64,000 bases of DNA from NCBI GenBank assembly GCA_047601445.1, contig JASGJH010000001.1, positions 6,592,001-6,656,000 of the forward strand, given 5' to 3'. The notes beneath the pieces were generated by a model. That model did not search any database and had not been told where the DNA came from. It was given only the letters and a program-made list of their open reading frames with translations. Below, one piece after another: positions 1 through 11,508 of this stretch. Made by a program: the position numbers and the translations under genes. This DNA comes from Myxococcales bacterium. Lineage in GTDB: Bacteria; Myxococcota_A; Polyangia; Polyangiales; DASUME01. Position 1 is the stretch's first letter. Every line of letters begins with the position of its first letter.

Positions 1-2593
1 CACGGCGGGCGGCGTGGCCAGCTGCTTGAGACCGAGCAGAGTGGGCATGATGTCCACGGATTCCACCCAGTGCTTGATGGTGGTTCCTGCGCGGTCTCCC
101 TTGGGGAGCTTCACGAACAAGGGCACGTGCAATTGCTCATCGTAGAGCGTGGTGCCGTGCCAGAAGCCCCCGTGCTCCATGAACTCCTCGCCGTGATCGG
201 CCGTGACCACGATGGTGAGGTCGTCGTAGAGCCCGTGGCTCTTGAGGGACTTCACGAGTTGGCCAAAGTGCTCGTCCCAGTAGGTGATCTCCCCGTCGTA
301 GAGCTTGCGGAGACGATCGGCCTCGCTCGGATCGGGCTTCACGTGGGCGGCGCGCGAATAGCCGACGCCGTTGTAAGGATGCTCGTAGTAGGGATCGTGG
401 GGATCCATGAAGCCCACGAACAGAAACCAGGGGCCGCGCTGGTTGCGCTGCAAGAAGCCATCGAATCTCGCGGTTGACCACGCTCGCGTCCTGGTAGGCG
501 GTGCCAGGCTCGCTGCGACCCAGGGCGGAGCGCGCTTTCTCGTCCACGCGCCGCAGCACCTGTAGCATCGAAAGCTTGGCCGAGGTGTCGCTCGCGCCGA
601 ACAGGAAATTCGGCGGTAGATACCGGTAGTCGTGGAAGCCCTGCTGGAAGTTGAAGAAGGGGGCCACGTTGTAGTTGGTGACGATGCCACCGGTGGTGTA
701 GCCGCCCTTGGAGAACGACTCCGCGATGGTGTCGACGGCGTCCGGCAAGCTGGCGGCCTTGGACATGACGCCGTGGCTCGACGCGTAGCGCCCGGTGAGC
801 AACGAGGCGAAGCTAGGGCGCGTCCACGAGGCGTTGGCGTAGGCCTGTTCGAAGCGCACGGAGTCGCGCGCGAAGACATCGAGGTTGGGGGTCTTGCCGG
901 CGGTGTAGCCGTAGCTCGGCACGTGATCCGCGCGCAGCGTGTCGACCACGATGAACAGCACGTTGCCGCGCGCGGCGCTCGCTCCGGACTGCTTGGGAGC
1001 GACGTTGGACGGGGCCGGACTGGCGCTCAGGCGCGGCACCGCGGCCAGGCCCACGACGGCGAGCACCAGCCCGAGCGAGCCTACCGGGCGCAACATGACG
1101 CGCAGCGGAGAGCGCTCGGTCAGCACGCGCAGCGCGAAGAACGAAAGCGCGTACACCAAGACACCGGCCGCCAGCGCGCCCGCCAGCACCAGCACGCCGT
1201 TGAGGCTCTTCCAGACCAGCTCCTCTTGATACACGTCGCGCTGCACGCGGAAGGCACCGATGATCACGGTGAACAGTCCGGCGATGCTGCCGGCAAAGTG
1301 CGCGAACGCGTGAGACTCAGGTAGGCGGGCGCGCTGCATCAAGCGGCCGCTGTAGGCCAGGGCGGCGCCCGCCGCGAGGCCCCCCAGGCCGCAACAAACG
1401 GCATAGGTCGCCGCGCCGAAGAACCACACGTCGGGCTCTGCCTGGCCGCGCGCCGCCGCCGCGATGGCCCACGCTTCGCCGAGTCCGACCAACAGACCCG
1501 CGAGCGCTCCAGCGCCCAGGCCGAGTGCCGCGCCGCGCGCCACCAGCGGCCACTCCGTCTCGGGTACGCGCTCGATGGTGTGGGCGACCATGTCCTCGCG
1601 CTCCGCGTCGTCGACGCGGATGTCAGGGCGATAGTCCGACCTGCGGCCCAACAGCACCAGACCACCCATCGACGAGATGACCATCTCGATGGCGAAGCCC
1701 AACACCGGAATCAGCACGGCGAGTTCGGGGGGCACGCCCACCATGGTGTACAGCGCGAGCGCCGCGGCCTCGCGCAAGCCCACGCCGTTGACGGAGAGCG
1801 GCAAGTGCGCGGTGAAGTTCTGCAGCACCGAGACGAACAGCAGCTCCGTGAGCGGCAGCTTCACGCCCAAGGCGTAGGCCGTGCAGATGTAGATGAACGC
1901 GTTGGATAGGTGATTGCCGATCCCGAGCAGCGTGCTCTGTGCGAGCAGGCCGGGCTGCCCCTCGTAGGCGCAGACGGCGTTGACCATGTTCTGCAAGCGC
2001 TGCGAGATGGCGTTGGGCAAGCGGCGCGCGACGATGCGCACGAGCTGCGGCCGCACCACGATGACGAACGCGACCGCCATCTGCGTGCCGAACAGCATCG
2101 CGAGTGCCGTGATGCCCTGTTCGCCAAAGTATCGGCGCCCGAAGAAGCAAGCCACGAAGGCCACGCTGCCGGCGGCCAGATTGCCGAGCACCATCTCGAC
2201 GCCGATGCTGGCCACCGCACGTGAGTTCTTGCCCGTGTGCCTGATGATCTCGATGAGGCGATAGCCCTGGAGCCCCAACCCCGCGGGCGTAACCGCTCCG
2301 AAGAAGCGGCCGATCATGAAGGTGTTGATCAGGTACCGCCACGGCGCGTGGATGCCCTGTCCTGTTAACAGACGCTGCCAACGCACGATGCCGCAGGTCA
2401 CCGCAGCGCACACCGAGAGCGTGGAAGCGACGAGCCAGGGCCAGCGCAGCTCGCTGAGGTGGGCGGTCAGCTTGTCAGCGTCCTGCTTCCCCCAAACCCT
2501 GACATAAATGAGATAGAGCACACCGACCGAGATTCCCAGCTTGAGCAGGAACCAGAGCCGCTTCTTGAGCGCCGGAGCCATGGCGTCTTGCAC
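1..2593 (-). CDS. Fusion of an LPG-synthase-TM/UPF0104 flippase-like domain, extra TM helices and a sulfatase-like (alkaline phosphatase superfamily) domain; frameshifted near 465; runs off window start
   Basis: N-terminal RWQRLL..IGRFFGAVTP..PLSVNGVGLRE flippase-like signature; NVLFIVVDTLRADH and SWTRPSFASLLTGRY sulfatase-like motifs. Removing one base at ~464-465 continues the frame as PWFLFVGFMDPHDPY..YDGEITYWD..TADHGEEF..HGTTLYDEQLHVPL to base 1. Confidence 0.8.
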
Positions 2594-2736
2594 TAAACCG
2601 ACGCACAGTATCGGTCAAGTAACCGGGCCTGGATAGACGACGGCGGTCCGGGGCTGCTTACCGAGGGGGATCGCTCGAGCTACGCCGGGTCCCAAGATTG
2701 GGTAGGCGTGGCGCGACCGCCGACTTGGCCGAAGCC

Positions 2737-3204
2737 TCAGGAGATCATCTGGGCGAGGTAGTTCTCCTTGCCCACGTCCTTGATGATGTTGAGGTGTGCC
2801 TCCAGCTCGTCGGCGCTGTGCTCCTCGCCCTTGAGGATGCCGTCCAGCAGCTCGCGCGTACCGTTGTCGCCCTTGGAGCGGCACAGCTCGATCGCCTTGT
2901 TCAAGCGATCGATGGCGCCGGTCTCGAGGGCCAGGTCCAGCTGGTGCTGCTCCACCGGGTCCTCTCCGACGCGAACCGGGCTGTAGCGCTGCATGTTGGG
3001 CACGCCATCGAGGTACAGGATGCGCGCGATGATCGCGTCCGCGTCCTTCATCTCCTCGATCGATTCCTTGCGCTTCCAGTCATAGAGCTTCTTGTAGCCC
3101 CAGTTCTCGCACATCTTCGCGTGGATGTAGTACTGGTTGATGGCCGTGAGCTCGGCCGTCAGGATCTCGTTGAGCGCGTCGAGGATTTGGGGGTCGCCCT
3201 TCAT
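2737..3204 (-). CDS. bfr: Bacterioferritin (variant ferroxidase centre)
   Basis: MKGD..ELTAINQY..WG..ESIEEMK..RILYLDGVPN..NYLAQ; heme ligand Met52; GGAG RBS upstream. Confidence 0.93.
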   Translation of the reverse strand: MKGDPQILDALNEILTAELTAINQYYIHAKMCENWGYKKLYDWKRKESIEEMKDADAIIARILYLDGVPNMQRYSPVRVGEDPVEQHQLDLALETGAIDRLNKAIELCRSKGDNGTRELLDGILKGEEHSADELEAHLNIIKDVGKENYLAQMIS

Positions 3205-3406
3205 GGTCTGTCTCCTGGTGCAGCGCTCCCGCCGGTTGCGCGCTGGTTAAGGCAGACGATACGCAGCCAAGCCGCCCGCATCAAGCAAAGATCCTCAATC
3301 AATTCAGGCAACTGAAATCCCATTTCATCTGCTCGGGGGTCGCCTCCCTGGCGAGGGCTTCGAGTTTCTCGTGCGCCGAGACGAAGCCCCAAGTAGACAG
3401 TCGGCG

Positions 3407-3955
3407 ATGGGTCGACTCGTGGAGCTACGGACGGAACTCGAGCGGTACGCGGCGCCTTCGGACGCGCAGGAGCGCTCGCATCGCGAACGCATGTTGGCCC
3501 TGTGTTCCAGCTCCGGGGACCCCTTCTCACGCGATCATTTCGCGCCGGGTCATTTCACGGCCAGCGCCTTCGTCCTCTCGCCCGACCAGAGCGCGCTGCT
3601 CCTCATCTTTCACGGCAAGCTGCACCGCTGGCTGCAGCCCGGGGGCCACGTGGACGCATCGGACCTCGATATCTTGGGTGCCGCGCGTCGCGAGGTGCGC
3701 GAGGAGGTGGGGCTCTCGGATCTGCCACTGGCCAGACCCGGGATCTTCGATCTCGACATCCACGCCATCCCGCCTCTCAAGGCCGATCCGACCCACGAGC
3801 ACTTCGACGTACGCTTTCTCTTCCAGGCGTCCGATCTCGCGTTCCGCGCGGGCAGCGACGCCAAGGCTGCCCGCTGGGTGCCCCTCACCGAGATCAGCGA
3901 GGAGACCTCGGATCGCAGCGTGATGCGTGCAGTCGAGAAGCTGCGAGGGCGCTGA
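3407..3955 (+). CDS. NUDIX hydrolase
   Basis: GHFTASAFV, WLQPGGHVD..AARREVREEVG Nudix box, HEHFDVRF. Confidence 0.9.
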   Translation: MGRLVELRTELERYAAPSDAQERSHRERMLALCSSSGDPFSRDHFAPGHFTASAFVLSPDQSALLLIFHGKLHRWLQPGGHVDASDLDILGAARREVREEVGLSDLPLARPGIFDLDIHAIPPLKADPTHEHFDVRFLFQASDLAFRAGSDAKAARWVPLTEISEETSDRSVMRAVEKLRGR

Positions 3956-3968
3956 GAAGGCGGTGGGC

Positions 3969-4451
3969 ATGGGCTTCGGGTCGCTGAAGTGGGTGGGCCT
4001 GTACGCGCTGGGTTGCGCGCTGCTCTCGCCTGGAGTCGTGCGCGCACAAGCCGCGGGCGAGCCCCCCGAGTCCGGGGCCACCCTGGAGGCCGAGGTTCCC
4101 GTGGGAAGTCTCTGGACCGACCCGTTCTCTTCGGAGATCCGTGTGCGCTACTACGAGGTGCTGCGGCGCTCGCCCAGCAAGGCTTTCTTGCTGGATCTGG
4201 CGCTGCCTGGCGCGGGCAGCGCGTACGTCGGCTTGTACGGGAACACGGTGGTGGCCTCCGTGTTGAGCGTGGCCGGAGCGAGCCTCTGGATCGCGGGTGC
4301 GGTGAAGCATCAGGACGCGTTGTGGTGGTCGGGGATGGGCGTGTTCGCAGGGGGCAGGGCCTATGGTCTGATCAGCGCTCCCGTCGGTGCTCGCTGGTTC
4401 AATGCGGCGCTGCAGGCGCACTTTGGGCTGCGCGAGATGGAGAGCGAGTGA
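3969..4451 (+). CDS. Hypothetical exported/membrane protein
   Basis: Signal peptide (..VRAQA), LPGAGSAYVG motif, two hydrophobic helices; directly downstream of NUDIX. Confidence 0.6.
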   Translation: MGFGSLKWVGLYALGCALLSPGVVRAQAAGEPPESGATLEAEVPVGSLWTDPFSSEIRVRYYEVLRRSPSKAFLLDLALPGAGSAYVGLYGNTVVASVLSVAGASLWIAGAVKHQDALWWSGMGVFAGGRAYGLISAPVGARWFNAALQAHFGLREMESE

Positions 4452-4668
4452 GCCTCAATCGCTGAGGCACGCGGCCTTGCACCGCCGGGGCATCCGTGGC
4501 GAGCAGCGTTCGTGAGAGCAGCGGCCCCAGGTGAACGGGCGGGCTCGATTTCGAGCGCCATCTCCGTGTCTTGGTCCGAATCGCGAGCGACGCTCGAGGT
4601 CTTGCGGTGACTGGTCTGCGTCTTGCTCCGTTGGGCCCAAAGCTCAACGTAGAAAGGCGAATGTTCCC

Positions 4669-5502
4669 ATGGAGAACATCTTGGATATGACGAGTCTGGC
4701 GTTCGGGGGCGACGCCGTGAAGCGACTGAGCTCCGTCTTGCACGAATCCCCAAGCGCCACCCAGCGCGGTGTGGAGACGGCCTTGCCAGCGTCGCTCGCG
4801 AGTCTGGCGGCCTTTGCGTCGTCGGAGTCCAAGGCGGCCGAGCTATTGGGGGCTTTCCGCGGTGGCAACTATCCTCACATCGAAGCCACCGAGATCACGC
4901 GCATGGTGGGGGATTCGGCGGCCACCACGCGCCTCGCGCAGTCGGGCTCGGGGTTTTTGAGCCAGATGTTCGGCGGGAAGTTCAGCGGCATCGTCGAGGC
5001 TCTCGCAGGCCAGGCGGGCGTGAGTCGCTCGTCGGCCTCCACGCTGCTCGGACTCGCCGCGCCACTCGTCCTCAACGCCATCGGCAAGGAAACCCAGAGC
5101 CAGAACTTCGACGCCCGCGGGCTCTCGCGCTTCCTCGGCGACCAAGGGCGCAAAGTCAGTGGGCTGCTGCCCGGTCCGCTCTCGACCGCGCTCACCGCGC
5201 TGGGACCCGGCGTGGGCAGCGTGACGAGCATCGGCGCGGTCGAAGGCGCAGGCCAGCGCGTGCGTGAGGCGGGCGCAGGCTACGCCGAGCGAGTGTCCGA
5301 CGTCTCCGCGCGTCTGCCCGAGCTCGAGCCCCGCACCAACCCGATGTGGCTCATCTTGCCGCTGGCACTCCTCGCGCTGCTCGGTCTCTGGCTCTTCAAT
5401 CGCGCGCGCTCGCACGAGCGTCGCCTCGAGCCTGTCCCGGCGGAGCAGCGCTCCTACCAACAGACGCCCGACAACTCTGCCCCCTACCGGCCCAATCGCT
5501 GA
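4669..5502 (+). CDS. DUF937-like domain membrane protein
   Basis: AGAAAGG RBS; LSQMFGG..AGVSRSSASTLLGLAAPLVL helical pattern; C-terminal TM WLILPLALLALLGLWLF. Confidence 0.7.
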   Translation: MENILDMTSLAFGGDAVKRLSSVLHESPSATQRGVETALPASLASLAAFASSESKAAELLGAFRGGNYPHIEATEITRMVGDSAATTRLAQSGSGFLSQMFGGKFSGIVEALAGQAGVSRSSASTLLGLAAPLVLNAIGKETQSQNFDARGLSRFLGDQGRKVSGLLPGPLSTALTALGPGVGSVTSIGAVEGAGQRVREAGAGYAERVSDVSARLPELEPRTNPMWLILPLALLALLGLWLFNRARSHERRLEPVPAEQRSYQQTPDNSAPYRPNR

Positions 5503-5543
5503 CTCGCCGCACATCACGTGCGGCCCGCGCAGCTCGACTCCGC

Positions 5544-6485
5544 TCAGGGAAACTCGGCGGGCGTGAGGTGCGTGTCGCCGTGCGCGACGCGCTCCAGGCT
5601 GAAGTCCGCGAGCAGCTCGTCGGCGGAGATCTCCGTGCCCGCGGGGACGAGCCCTGCGGTCGCTGCGAGCCAACCCACGAGGGCCTCGGGACGCGTGCCG
5701 CGCGCGCGATATCCCGCCACGGGCTCCGCGCCGGAGCGTTTCGCCAAGCGCTTGCCATCGGGCCCCAGCAGCAAGGGCACGTGCACGAAGCTGGGCAGCT
5801 GGGCTCCTAGCGCCCGATACAGCGCGATTTGCCAGCCCGTGCAGCCCGCCAGGTCTGCGCCGCGCAAGACTTCGGTGATGCCCATCGCGATGTCGTCCAC
5901 CACCACCGCCAGCTGATAGCTGAAGAGGCCGTCGGCGCGGCGCAGCACGAAGTCTCCGCGCGCTTCAGGTTCAACACAGCCGAGGATGCCGTCGAGAAAG
6001 CTCGGCAAGGGCTCCGCCACGCGCAGGCGCAATGAACACGGAGCCTCCGGCCGCGCAGGCCCTAGGCGGCACGTGCCCGGATACGGTGGTCCGAACTCGG
6101 ACGGTCCATGGGGCGCGCTCGCCACGATTTCCTTGCGCGAGCAGCTGCAACGAAAGGTCAGCCCCCCGGCCGCCAGTTGCGCCAGCGCGGCCTCGTAGTG
6201 CGCCGAGCGCTGCGACTGCGTGTAGGGACCGAAAGGGCCCCCGACGTCGGGCCCCTCGTCCCACGTGATGCCCAGCCAGCGCAGGTCGTCGAGCAAGGCG
6301 TCGGCGGCGCCCGCGACGACCCGGGGGCCATCGATGTCTTCGATGCGGACCACGAACGCACCGCGCTCCGAGCGCGCGCGCAAGTAACCGAGCAGGGCTG
6401 TGCGCGCCAAGCCAAGGTGCAGCTGGCCGGTGGGGGAGGGGGCGAACCGTCCGCGGTAGCGCATGCGGGTCGGCGTCGAGTTCAT
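5544..6485 (-). CDS. gluQ: tRNA glutamyl-Q(34) synthetase GluQRS
   Basis: GRFAPSPTGQLHLG, RIEDID, CSCSR zinc motif, YQLAVVVDD, RLAKR; no anticodon-binding domain. Confidence 0.92.
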   Translation of the reverse strand: MNSTPTRMRYRGRFAPSPTGQLHLGLARTALLGYLRARSERGAFVVRIEDIDGPRVVAGAADALLDDLRWLGITWDEGPDVGGPFGPYTQSQRSAHYEAALAQLAAGGLTFRCSCSRKEIVASAPHGPSEFGPPYPGTCRLGPARPEAPCSLRLRVAEPLPSFLDGILGCVEPEARGDFVLRRADGLFSYQLAVVVDDIAMGITEVLRGADLAGCTGWQIALYRALGAQLPSFVHVPLLLGPDGKRLAKRSGAEPVAGYRARGTRPEALVGWLAATAGLVPAGTEISADELLADFSLERVAHGDTHLTPAEFP

Positions 6486-6599
6486 GGGGCCGGGGCGAAC
6501 ACCTATCACGAACCACACACGCCGGTCGAAGGGCCGTCGTGGCCCCACGGGGCGTCGAGTATTCCGGGACTGCCAGCCAGGTCGCCTATACTCACCCGC

Positions 6600-7064
6600 A
6601 TGGCGAGCACATCGGAGGCGCTCAGCAAAGTCGAGCTGTTCAGGGGACTCGCCCCGCACGGTCTCGACCGCGTGGCGAGCATCGCGACGGAGGAGGCATA
6701 TGGCCTCGGGCACACCCTATTTCGCGAAGGGGAGGTGGGAGACAAGCTGTACGTGATCCTTGAGGGGAAGGTCCGTATCTCCCGCCAGATTGCCGGCATG
6801 GGTGAAGAAGCGCTGGCGGTTCTGGGCAAGGGTTCAGCCTTCGGCGAGATGGCGTTGATCGACGACGTGCCCCGCAGCGCCGACGCCATCGTGCACGAGC
6901 GCGTGCGTCTGCTCGTCATCTCCAAGGAAGCCATGCAGGACCTGCTCTTCATCCACAAGGAGCTGGCCTACGAGATCCTCTGGAACATCGTGAGGATCCT
7001 GTCGTCGCGCCTGCGCGAGACCAACGACAAGATGACCTTCATGTCCGTCTCCGGAAAGTTTTGA
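6600..7064 (+). CDS. Stand-alone cyclic nucleotide-binding domain protein
   Basis: LFREGEVGDKLYVILEGKV..FGEMALIDDVPRSADA; no HTH. Confidence 0.9.
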   Translation: MASTSEALSKVELFRGLAPHGLDRVASIATEEAYGLGHTLFREGEVGDKLYVILEGKVRISRQIAGMGEEALAVLGKGSAFGEMALIDDVPRSADAIVHERVRLLVISKEAMQDLLFIHKELAYEILWNIVRILSSRLRETNDKMTFMSVSGKF

Positions 7065-7362
7065 GCCCCGACGCTTCCACGCGCTCGCACTGCGAACTGC
7101 GGGCCTGCGTTTCGGTTTCGGACGCGTAAGAGGTCGGCAGTCGTGACGCGCTGAGTCGAGGTCAGCGAAAAAAAGTTGGCCGGCCGATCAAGATTTTTTG
7201 CGCCAGGGTGAGGCTAAATTGCTCCGGTGAGCGCCAGATCACTCGGCACCAGCCTGGGTTAGCCAAAGCGCCTCGTGATGACGAAGCCGAGCTCGTCCGC
7301 GGGCTCCAACGCGCGCGGCTCTCGAAGCCGCGTACAGCGTGGCAAGCCCATGCGGACGGCGT

Positions 7363-8307
<945 letters not shown>

Positions 8308-8645
8308 TTTGTCCTCGGGGGCTCGACCTTACCCAAAGCACACGATCACGCAATCAACGCTGCGCGTCATGAACGGCCCGCCTGCAGCAAGCGCTTTCCC
8401 CGGTCCCTGCTTGAGGTTGTCCCTTGGGCTAGCCGCACAGACCAACCTACGGAAGACCCCGTTTGAGGGGTGTTGATAAGGATTGGGGGGGCATTTTGCC
8501 ACATGAGTTAGCCCTGATTGGTCTGAGATTAGGTACGCAGCGATCGCACCTTCAGGTTGACACAGCTCCCAACACGGTTCTCAATAGCTCAACAGCGCTA
8601 TTCAGTCCCGGGGGGCGGGACGGCTAGCGCAGAACGGGGGAACCA

Positions 8646-9320
8646 GTGCTGCCGTTTCAGTTCCTAGATATGGTCGATGGTCTTACACGGTTGGATCCTG
8701 TTCGTACCTATCCGGTACGTGCTGGTGAGCTCGTCGCGCGGCTGTGCGGCGCCGACGGGTACATCGTCGAGCTCGAGGGCGGAGAGACCGTCACGAGCGA
8801 GGCAACGGGAGAGGGGCGTACTCGCATTGGGCTGCCACTGCGCTACGGGCGTCAGACCCTGGGCCAGGTGGTGTTGGTGTTGCCCGAGGGCAAGGATCGC
8901 CTGGAGCCGCACGACTTGCGCACCGCTCGCTGGGCGGCGCGCATCATGGGTCGCTGCTTGAGCTACGCAGCCCGCATGCGTCATGAACCCCGCAAGAACG
9001 GGCTCGAAGACGTCAGCGAGGCACTCCACAAGGCGCCGCTCACCCCACGTGAGCGCGACGTCGTGGCCCTGCTGATGTCCGGCGCTTCCACGCGTCAGAT
9101 TGCGTCCGAGACGCATCTCACGGTTGGGACCGTCCACACCTATCTCAAGCGCATCTACCCGAAGCTCGGCGTTCGCTCCAGGGTGGAGCTCGTGGCGCGC
9201 ATGATCGGAACCGACGGCTTGGTCTTCGGTAGCCAGAGCGGGGACAGGGAATCGCGCAGTCACGCTTCTGCTTCCATCTCTTCGATTCCTGCTTCTGCTG
9301 CCACCGACTCGATGAATTGA
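8646..9320 (+). CDS. LuxR-family HTH transcriptional regulator with degenerate GAF-like N-terminus
   Basis: LTPRERDVVALL..TVHTYLKRIYPKLGVRSRVEL; start could be 8670. Confidence 0.85.
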   Translation: MLPFQFLDMVDGLTRLDPVRTYPVRAGELVARLCGADGYIVELEGGETVTSEATGEGRTRIGLPLRYGRQTLGQVVLVLPEGKDRLEPHDLRTARWAARIMGRCLSYAARMRHEPRKNGLEDVSEALHKAPLTPRERDVVALLMSGASTRQIASETHLTVGTVHTYLKRIYPKLGVRSRVELVARMIGTDGLVFGSQSGDRESRSHASASISSIPASAATDSMN

Positions 9321-9475
9321 GAGGCACCCGGGACCTTGGGCGCGAGCGCCCTGTCCCGATCGCACGATTGACCTGGACCGCTTCACGAAGGGGAACACGC
9401 AGCGCGGGCGCCTGCGTGCAGACAGCGAGAGCCGCCGTTCGAGGCTGAGAGCTCTCTTCGTGCTAGTCGTGGGCC

Positions 9476-9958
9476 ATGGCAAAAGCCGAGAAGCGTCTCA
9501 CACACCTCGATTCGCGTGGCCAAGCGCGAATGGTGGACGTGGGCGACAAGGCGGTGACCTCGCGCACCGCAGTCGCCCGCGCCACCGTTCGCATGCGTGC
9601 TTCCACGCAGCGCGCCTTGCGTGACGGGCAGACGCCCAAGGGAGAAGTGCTCGCCACCGCGCGCATTGCGGGCATCCAGGCCGCCAAGCGCACGTGGGAG
9701 CTTATCCCGATGTGTCATCAGGTGCAGCTCACCTCGGTGAAACTCGAGCTCGAGTTCAAGGGGCGGGACAGGGTCGTGATCGAGGGGCGGACCGAGGCGC
9801 GGGACCGCACGGGAGTGGAGATGGAGGCGCTCACGGCGGTCAGCGTGGCAGCGCTCACGCTCTACGACATGCTGAAGGCCATCGACCGCGAGATGGTGAT
9901 CGAGGAGGTCGCCTTGCATGAGAAGCGTGGGGGCAAGAGCGGAGACTTTCGACGCTGA
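9476..9958 (+). CDS. moaC: Cyclic pyranopterin monophosphate synthase
   Basis: [41 protein letters not shown]. Confidence 0.97.
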   Translation: MAKAEKRLTHLDSRGQARMVDVGDKAVTSRTAVARATVRMRASTQRALRDGQTPKGEVLATARIAGIQAAKRTWELIPMCHQVQLTSVKLELEFKGRDRVVIEGRTEARDRTGVEMEALTAVSVAALTLYDMLKAIDREMVIEEVALHEKRGGKSGDFRR

Positions 9959-9990
9959 CCCCATTATCGCGGGGCGACGCTACCGGCGCT

Positions 9991-11508
9991 TCAGGTGGGA
10001 GCGGCCTTCTTGCCTTTGCGCAAGGACCCCGTCACGGCCTGCACGTCGCTTTTGGTGATCTCCCCGCTGAGCGTGCAGACCGCCAAATACACGAGCCCGC
10101 TCGCGATGAGCACCACGGGTGCCAGCTTGGGCGTCGCTGGGAGCTGGCGCGCGACCCAGAACGCCGCCGCCGCAGCGATTGCGCAGCGCAAGAAGCTCAG
10201 GAGCGGCAGGGCCACGCCCATGAGTTTTCGCATCAGGAGGGAGGACAGAACCAGCGCCAGGAGCGGCCCCAGGCTCGTCGCGAACGCGGCGGTCGCCAGG
10301 GTTCGATCGCCGAGACCCACCGAACGCACCATCACGCGGTTGGCGATCAGCACTACCGCGAGTGCCAAGAGGCCGATCAGCGCTGACAGCACCGGGCGAC
10401 CCGCGCTCGTCAGGACCGTGGCGATGATCACGAACAACGCGAGCGCGATCTGGCCGAATACCAGGACGCGCAGGGTGTCGGCGCCCTCTGCGAACTTCGG
10501 CCCGTTCACCAGCCGAATGACGCCGTCGGCGGCGCCGCTCAAGGGGGCTCCGATGGCGAACAGTACGATCATGGAGAAGCGCAGGGCGTTGCGGATGTGG
10601 ACCCGCGCGGAGGCCAGGTCGCCGGCTGCGGTAGCCCGCGAAACCAGGGGAAAGACGATGAACGTGACCGACAGGATGACCTGGTAGGGGACCAGGGCAA
10701 AGTTCTGTCCGGCGCGATAGAGACCCACGTAGCGCGAGGCGTTCTCGGCCGCGCTCGCCACGTCCAAGCCGCCCTCGATGCCAAGTTGCGATGCGGTGTT
10801 CTTGAGCACCCAGACGTCGAGCAACAGGGTTCCGTTGAGCGTGAGCTGGAAGAAGACGATCGGGAGTAGGAACGAGAACCAGGTCCAGACCGGTAGCTTG
10901 GGTCCCTGCTCACCGGTGCCCACCGTGAACAGGGCGATCAGCGTGATGACGAGGGCCGCGCTGGCAAAGCCGGAGAGCGCGCCGGCCGCCCCGAACCCGA
11001 GCGCCGCGGCTCCGACGATGCCCACGGTACGAACGGTGGAGAAGGTGATGTCGAGGCCGGCCTGCTTGTGAAAGAGGCGCCGGCCATTGAGGCTGCCCAC
11101 GATGGTCGCGTACAGCGCGTAGAACAGCGGCACCAGGGCTGCGATACGCAGCAGCGACACCAGCTGGGCGTCGAAGGCCAGTCCGGCGAGCCAGGGCGCG
11201 GCCAGGAACAATCCGGACGCCAGGGTCACGCCGACGCCGAGTTGGAGCAACAACGCCTGACGGAGCCGGGCGCCGGCCAGCGCCTCGTCTTCGCTGATGC
11301 GCTTCGAGACCGACTGCACGGTCGCCGCGATCAGCACGTTGTTCACGACGCTCACGAAATTCATGGCCAGCGAGTACTGGCCGAAGGCCTCCGGCGAGCC
11401 GAGCAAGCGCGGCAACCCGAATTGCACGATGAAGCCCGAGAGGATGAAGTAGAGCTTCGCTGCGGTGATGAGGGCCAGGCCGCGGCCCGTACCGGCGCTC
11501 TCGGACAT
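9991..11508 (-). CDS. MOP-superfamily oligosaccharide/lipid flippase (Wzx/MurJ-like)
   Basis: About 14 hydrophobic segments; RLLGSPEAFGQY and VGLYRAGQ..VFPLVSRA motifs. Confidence 0.8.
   Translation of the reverse strand: MSESAGTGRGLALITAAKLYFILSGFIVQFGLPRLLGSPEAFGQYSLAMNFVSVVNNVLIAATVQSVSKRISEDEALAGARLRQALLLQLGVGVTLASGLFLAAPWLAGLAFDAQLVSLLRIAALVPLFYALYATIVGSLNGRRLFHKQAGLDITFSTVRTVGIVGAAALGFGAAGALSGFASAALVITLIALFTVGTGEQGPKLPVWTWFSFLLPIVFFQLTLNGTLLLDVWVLKNTASQLGIEGGLDVASAAENASRYVGLYRAGQNFALVPYQVILSVTFIVFPLVSRATAAGDLASARVHIRNALRFSMIVLFAIGAPLSGAADGVIRLVNGPKFAEGADTLRVLVFGQIALALFVIIATVLTSAGRPVLSALIGLLALAVVLIANRVMVRSVGLGDRTLATAAFATSLGPLLALVLSSLLMRKLMGVALPLLSFLRCAIAAAAAFWVARQLPATPKLAPVVLIASGLVYLAVCTLSGEITKSDVQAVTGSLRKGKKAAPT

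Noticed and set aside
8557..8585. Promoter TTGACA-17-CTCAAT and nearby TGA..TAG-like repeats upstream of the LuxR gene
   Set aside because: The -10 lacks the key TA and the repeats are too short and degenerate to support
9321..9475. Moco riboswitch upstream of moaC
   Set aside because: Only a simple GC hairpin; conserved Moco-motif elements not recognised
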